Positions 58,193-64,000 of a stretch of DNA of 64,000 nt are shown piece after piece. A model generated the notes under the pieces. It did no database searches and was not told the DNA's origin. It saw nothing but the letters and a program-made list of their open reading frames with translations. The translations under genes and the position numbers were made by a program. The stretch comes from an uncultured Candidatus Saccharibacteria bacterium (GTDB lineage Bacteria > Patescibacteriota > Minisyncoccia > Phycocordibacterales > JACOZG01). Numbering within the stretch: the first letter of the stretch is position 1; every line of letters starts with the position of its first letter. Where the stretch lies: positions 144,684-208,683 of the forward strand of contig CAZYLF010000002.1 of NCBI GenBank assembly GCA_964648765.1, read 5' to 3'.

Positions 58193-59050
58193 ATGACAAT
58201 TGATGTTGGGTTGAAGCCCACAAAAAGCGTCGAATTATTTAAGGGTATAGCAACTGTTCACGCTTTCGGGCGCGAGACAGGTAATTGGCGAATTGGCGAC
58301 TTTACGAAACCAGAGAACTTCAGGCGAGTCGCAGAGTTAGCGCAAAAATTTGGAGTAGACACTGTGTGGTGTCCACAAGCATCAAAATTCAACGCCACGA
58401 TAGCCAAACCAATTTCTTTTGGGCCCTGTGACCTTGATGATAACTACCAACATGAGATTGCTGGCATAAAAGTTATGAGAGGTACCGAGGCCTCCGGCTG
58501 TGTGGTGAGCAAAGGTGAAGCTTTTTTTATGGCCACAGCTGACTGTCCGATAATGGTGGTAAGAAATACAATTGGCAAAATCGTGTGCGCTCATGCCGGA
58601 CGTGGTGAGTTAATTGATCCAGCTTGGGTGGAAAACGGCCGACCGAATTATCACCGCAGGTTTGAAAGCGTTGTGGACGCAATTGTGTCTTACTTTGGAT
58701 CTTGCATCAAACAACTTGAAATCGCGTCTGTTTTCGGTATTCGTCATGGTCATATTCACTCGGTGAATGATCCTAAGTATGGCGACTTTAATTTGAAGCT
58801 TCGCCAGTATATCCAAGAACGTTGGGGGGCTGAAATTATTTGTTTCAGCAGGGATGAAGAATTTTTGATCCAGAGATTGATCGGCCTACAGTGGCGCTCT
58901 CGCCACTCAATCGACGATAGACAAATTTGGTGTGACGAGGTCTGCACTAAAACCGATATAGACAACGAGAATAACTTCCGCTGGCACAGCGTCGCGCGTG
59001 GCGACAACAAGGGAGAGCGCAATGGTATTTTTGTAATCGTAAACAAATAG
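58193..59050 (+). CDS. divergent YfiH/PgeF (laccase-domain) family protein
   Basis: TADCP, HAGRG, VCT..WHS.R motifs; GGGAGG SD. Confidence 0.7.
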   Translation: MTIDVGLKPTKSVELFKGIATVHAFGRETGNWRIGDFTKPENFRRVAELAQKFGVDTVWCPQASKFNATIAKPISFGPCDLDDNYQHEIAGIKVMRGTEASGCVVSKGEAFFMATADCPIMVVRNTIGKIVCAHAGRGELIDPAWVENGRPNYHRRFESVVDAIVSYFGSCIKQLEIASVFGIRHGHIHSVNDPKYGDFNLKLRQYIQERWGAEIICFSRDEEFLIQRLIGLQWRSRHSIDDRQIWCDEVCTKTDIDNENNFRWHSVARGDNKGERNGIFVIVNK

Positions 59051-59061
59051 GAGAAAATCAA

Positions 59062-59102
59062 AAGCCCCGTGATCGCCACAAGCGACTACGGGGCTATTTT
59101 TT
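59062..59102. terminator. terminator between convergent genes
   Basis: AGCCCCGTGATCGC..GCGACTACGGGGCT followed by ATTTTT. Confidence 0.7.
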
Positions 59103-60432
59103 ATTTCAATTTTTTAATTAAATTATCAAACTGCTCACCGCGATCAAATTCGTTTTTAAATAAACCAAAAGATGCAAAAGCTGGAGAGAGTAAAATTGCA
59201 TCACCTTTTTTAGAAAGTTTAACTGCTTCACTCACCGCATCCTTCATACTATTAACCACTTTTGAATTTTCATTTTTAATCTTATCCGTTCCCGTCCCTG
59301 GCAACCAAATTACCTCTTTACAATATTTTGGCAAAGCTTCAACCAACTTACTCATATCTAAGGTCTTGTCTGCACCTCCCATTATTAAAATAATGTTCTT
59401 TTTATTTCCCAGGGCTTCTAGAGCTACTAAACCAGCCTCCGGTGTAGTAGAAGTAGTGTCGTTATAAATTTCTCTCCCCTTCCATTTCCGCACCAATTCC
59501 AAACGTCCAGGTACACCAGCAAAATTTTCTGCAACTTTTTTAATTATTTTTTCTGGCACATTAAGTGCCTTAGCTGCAGCCACAGCCAGTGCTGCATTGT
59601 ACCTATTATGTACCCCCGGCATTTTTAACTTCCAGTTTTTCGGCAAATCATTTAAACCAACAACTATTTTGTTTTTTACCCCGACCATTTTTTCCATCTG
59701 ATTTCCGGCAATTAATATATCTCCTTCTTTTTGATTTATATAAATCTTGGACTTATCGGCAAAATAGGCCTTCATGCCTGCCCGAATATCAGGCGGGTCA
59801 CCTTTATAATAATTTAAATGATCAGGGAGAAAGGTGGTAAAAACAGCAACATTGGGACTAATCCCCTCATCACCAAAACCTTGAAGTTGCCACGAGTCGA
59901 GTTCCATCACCACAATGTCATCTTTCTTTAATTTTTTAAGTAAAGGTAAAGTTGAAACTCCGCGCACATTACCACCCAGAAAAACTCTTGGATTATTTTC
60001 TTTAAGAATTTCGTAAATTAAATGCGTAACTGTGGATTTGCCTCGCGTGCCAGTTACACCCACAATTTTTACTCCATGATCCATCGCAATTTTGGCAAAC
60101 CACGATGTGCTCATTTTTACTTCAATGTTATTCTTTCGCGCCTCGGCAATTTCTGGCGAGTCTAAGGGCGTGCCAGCTCCTTTCAAAATATAATCGGCCT
60201 CGCGAAAATCAGCCAAATCATAGGCGCCAAATTTAAAAGTGATATTCGAGTAACCTTTCAATTTATCAACCGAAGGTTGCATCACACTTTGCGGTGCGTC
60301 ATCAACCACCAAAATCTCCGCTCCGCACTCAGCTAAAAAAGCGGCATCCCCCACCCCACGACCAAGTAACCCAATACGCATTTGGGTAACTTTCTTCCCC
60401 GTAAAATACTTTTGATATTCAGACTTTTTCAT
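59101..60432 (-). CDS. murD: UDP-N-acetylmuramoyl-L-alanine--D-glutamate ligase
   Basis: GVTGTRGKST, ELDSWQL, DHLNY, NDTTST, LSPAFASF..RGEQF motifs. Confidence 0.95.
   Translation of the reverse strand: MKKSEYQKYFTGKKVTQMRIGLLGRGVGDAAFLAECGAEILVVDDAPQSVMQPSVDKLKGYSNITFKFGAYDLADFREADYILKGAGTPLDSPEIAEARKNNIEVKMSTSWFAKIAMDHGVKIVGVTGTRGKSTVTHLIYEILKENNPRVFLGGNVRGVSTLPLLKKLKKDDIVVMELDSWQLQGFGDEGISPNVAVFTTFLPDHLNYYKGDPPDIRAGMKAYFADKSKIYINQKEGDILIAGNQMEKMVGVKNKIVVGLNDLPKNWKLKMPGVHNRYNAALAVAAAKALNVPEKIIKKVAENFAGVPGRLELVRKWKGREIYNDTTSTTPEAGLVALEALGNKKNIILIMGGADKTLDMSKLVEALPKYCKEVIWLPGTGTDKIKNENSKVVNSMKDAVSEAVKLSKKGDAILLSPAFASFGLFKNEFDRGEQFDNLIKKLK
59777..59797. repeat. short hairpin in-frame in murD (PPDIRAG)
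   Basis: CCTGCCCGAATATCAGGCGGG in the loop after DHLNYY. Confidence 0.5.
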
Positions 60433-60434
60433 AG

Positions 60435-60518
60435 TGGGCGAGAGAGGATTTGAACCTCCAAGACCTTGCGGTCACACGCCTCTGAAGCGTGCGTGTCTGC
60501 CAGTTTCACCACTCGCCC
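60435..60518 (-). tRNA. tRNA-Leu(CAG)
   Basis: GGGCGAG/CTCGCCC acceptor stem; CACGC-TTCAGAG-GCGTG anticodon arm; long variable arm; GGTTCAAATCC; CCA not encoded. Confidence 0.95.
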
Positions 60519-60530
60519 GCCCCCATTAAG

Positions 60531-61397
60531 TTACCTGGGGAAAGTAGGTTGAGGGAAACTGTTCATCATGCGATTTAACTCAGCTCCCTCATTTCTTATT
60601 CCTTGATAGAGAGGTAGGGCTACAAAAATTCCCATGAGCAAACCCGCAATGAAGAGGAAAATAGCAAAAAAGGTAAAAACTGACTTTTGTCCGCTCGTAG
60701 GATTAAAGACCATATCCTTTTTAACTTCCCTAAGATTGGTGAAAATCAAAAATAAATATAATGCACCAAGAGGAGCAAAGAATATCCAAATTAATCCGTT
60801 TATGATCTCTGCGAGATCTTTACTTACAATACTTAATAGTGCGGGGATTATGGCGATGACTAACGCGATAAAAAGTATAAATAAAAATCTACCAAAAACT
60901 GGCCACCAATAACCTCTCACATATTCTCTACTTTTAATTATTGCTCTCATACCCCTTTCACCTTCCACCACAAAAACAAGTAACGCAAAAATAGTCCAAA
61001 CAAAAAATACTATTCCAGGGATAATAAGAAGCATTGAGGCTCCACCAACAATCAATGCGGCCAAAATGGAGATCCAGATAACTGAGTGGAGTTTACCCCA
61101 AGCCCGGCGATACGACTCTTTAAAACCGATCCCCTCATCACGATCTTTGATTGCGTAAATGAGTGCCACCTGACTCCAAATCTGGAATAAAGCAGAAACA
61201 AATCCAACTAAAATCCCCAGGACAATCAAAATAATCAAAACAGTTGCATTTTTAATTAAAAGCGCAACGCCCGACAAGACTCCGCCAAGTAAAAGTGAGA
61301 CCAAAATCGGAAGCAAAGCGACCCCTAAATAAGTACCAATTCTGTTTTTATAAAGACCCCAAGCTTGACTAAGTGTTGCACCAGCGCCGTTCAACAT
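60531..61397 (-). CDS. hypothetical multi-TM membrane protein
   Basis: LLIIPGI..W, SREYVRGYWW motifs; 6-7 TM. Confidence 0.7.
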   Translation of the reverse strand: MLNGAGATLSQAWGLYKNRIGTYLGVALLPILVSLLLGGVLSGVALLIKNATVLIILIVLGILVGFVSALFQIWSQVALIYAIKDRDEGIGFKESYRRAWGKLHSVIWISILAALIVGGASMLLIIPGIVFFVWTIFALLVFVVEGERGMRAIIKSREYVRGYWWPVFGRFLFILFIALVIAIIPALLSIVSKDLAEIINGLIWIFFAPLGALYLFLIFTNLREVKKDMVFNPTSGQKSVFTFFAIFLFIAGLLMGIFVALPLYQGIRNEGAELNRMMNSFPQPTFPR

Positions 61398-61432
61398 GTT
61401 TTTATTTTAAATATAAATTATTAATATTTCTG

Positions 61433-61505
61433 TGCGCGCACTAGGGGTCGAACCTAGGACCTTTCGAGTATCAGTCGAATGCTCTACCAACTGAGCTATG
61501 CGCGC
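61433..61505 (-). tRNA. tRNA-Ile(GAT)
   Basis: GCGCGCA/TGCGCGC acceptor stem; AGCTCAGTTGGTAGAGC D-arm; TTCGA-CTGATAC-TCGAA anticodon arm; GGTTCGACCCC. Confidence 0.92.
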
Positions 61506-61548
61506 AAAAGCATGACAGAATATAGCAGAAATGGTAACTATAAACAAG

Positions 61549-61588
61549 AAAAAACTGCCGAGCCACACTTGCGTGCGCCCGGCAGTTA
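61549..61588 (-). terminator. intrinsic terminator of the lysozyme cassette
   Basis: AACTGCCG...CGGCAGTT hairpin with T-run on minus. Confidence 0.6.
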
Positions 61589-61601
61589 ACCCCCCTTTTC
61601 T

Positions 61602-61700
61602 TTAGCAAAGTCCAATGTAAATCACCACGGCTAAAACAAAAATGCGGTAATCCTCATTAAAACTTTGAGAAAGAAATCCCCCAAGCTTTGCGATTGCCAT
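61602..61700 (-). CDS. putative 32-aa TM microprotein MAIAKLGGFLSQSFNEDYRIFVLAVVIYIGLC
   Basis: AAAGGGG SD; lies between the lysozyme stop and the terminator. Confidence 0.35.
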   Translation of the reverse strand: MAIAKLGGFLSQSFNEDYRIFVLAVVIYIGLC

Positions 61701-61734
61701 CGCATTACCCCTTTGATTTGGTGGCCGAAAGTTT

Positions 61735-62154
61735 TTACTTAGCTTTTTGGATTTTCACCCAATAGCCAAGGGTCGACTTCTTTTGCCAACCTTTCGGCCC
61801 ACCGTTCCAAATACGCGCCCGATCTTGGTCTGTGACCTTTCTTCCAATCCTCGCCTCCGTGGCCCAGATAGAAAGATAGAGTTCACAGACCTTTTCCGAC
61901 AACTTTCGGTTACCGAGCATTTGCTCAGCTCGGTACTTGGTACCGAAATGACGATTCACATCGTCACACACCGGTTGCCGGATCTGATGCGAGCCATAAG
62001 CTGGCTCACTCAAATTTTTGTCGCCAATCGCCCAAATGTTGTTACTCGATTCTACAATCGGTATTACAACTTTGATGAGCTTATCGGCGGCTTTCGTCTC
62101 CGACGGTCCCGAGATGGCGATCCCCGCCACCAACGCGAAAAAGCCCTTATTCAT
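61735..62154 (-). CDS. secreted lysozyme-like protein (i-type/destabilase-like motifs)
   Basis: Signal peptide; IVESS catalytic Glu; YGSHQI; ARIWNGGPKG..TLGYW; AAGGAG SD. Confidence 0.78.
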   Translation of the reverse strand: MNKGFFALVAGIAISGPSETKAADKLIKVVIPIVESSNNIWAIGDKNLSEPAYGSHQIRQPVCDDVNRHFGTKYRAEQMLGNRKLSEKVCELYLSIWATEARIGRKVTDQDRARIWNGGPKGWQKKSTLGYWVKIQKAK

Positions 62155-62210
62155 GGCTTTCTCCTTCCCTGTAAGGACCAAGCTACTATCCGTAGTAGCC
62201 ACCTTATATA

Positions 62211-62239
62211 ATTATATCACACTAGTATTAAAAAAGCAA
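62211..62239 (-). promoter_or_regulatory. sigma70 promoter of the lysozyme cassette
   Basis: TTGCTT-17-TATAAT. Confidence 0.65.
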
Positions 62240-62266
62240 GTCCCCTAATTTATAGATATATTATCC

Positions 62267-62282
62267 TTTCTTTTGTCCTGTT
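62267..62282. repeat. 3' arm of the 16S processing stem
   Basis: TTTCTTTTGTCCTGTT is the exact reverse complement of 63894-63909. Confidence 0.75.
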
Positions 62283-62389
62283 CACCTCGTTTTGCGAATC
62301 GAGGAATCGAATGCATTGATTGTATTGGTAATAGCATCATCACCTTAAATCGACTTTGGTCTCTGTCCGAAAACAGAAACCGTTTTTCA

Positions 62390-63868
<1,479 letters not shown>

Positions 63869-63978
63869 ACCTCTTTTTCAAGAGATTTAATTAAACAGGA
63901 CAAAAGAAAAAACAATATATTAACTTAACCCCGCACCTTGCGGGGTGTACTTTTTATTAGTGGATCTTTCTTTCTCAA

Positions 63979-63990
63979 TTTTCAATGACC
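63979..63990 (-). promoter_or_regulatory. boxA-like antitermination element in the 16S leader
   Basis: GGTCATTGAAAA upstream of the processing stem. Confidence 0.45.
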
Positions 63991-64000
63991 TCTTTGCCTG

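Overview
Chromosomal segment of a Patescibacteria/CPR (Parcubacteria-like) bacterium using genetic code 11, with most genes on the minus strand. It contains: a pentose-phosphate/glycolysis block (tkt-N, rpe, rpiB, gap); an array of small self-contained accessory transcription units; gatB and murB; a group of surface proteins including a 2974-aa repeat/LVIVD giant protein; an orphan HlyD-type adaptor and secA; a ~27-kb surface-glycan cluster (NeuB, two NeuA, many glycosyl- and methyltransferases, a glucarate-dehydratase-like insert); a VirD4-like ATPase; murC, a pgeF-like gene and murD; two tRNAs; a lysozyme-like gene; and a stand-alone 16S rRNA gene. Three observations stand out. (1) Upstream of secA, two separately promoted small RNAs and the leader of a 26-aa Lys-rich microprotein are mutually complementary with G-U-compatible variation, suggesting an mRNA/sRNA/anti-sRNA circuit. 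(2) The 16S rRNA lacks the anti-Shine-Dalgarno tail; core genes look near-leaderless while accessory cassettes carry strong SD sites. (3) Short palindromic elements sit in-frame inside gatB, murB, murC and murD. All calls were made by eye without database searches.
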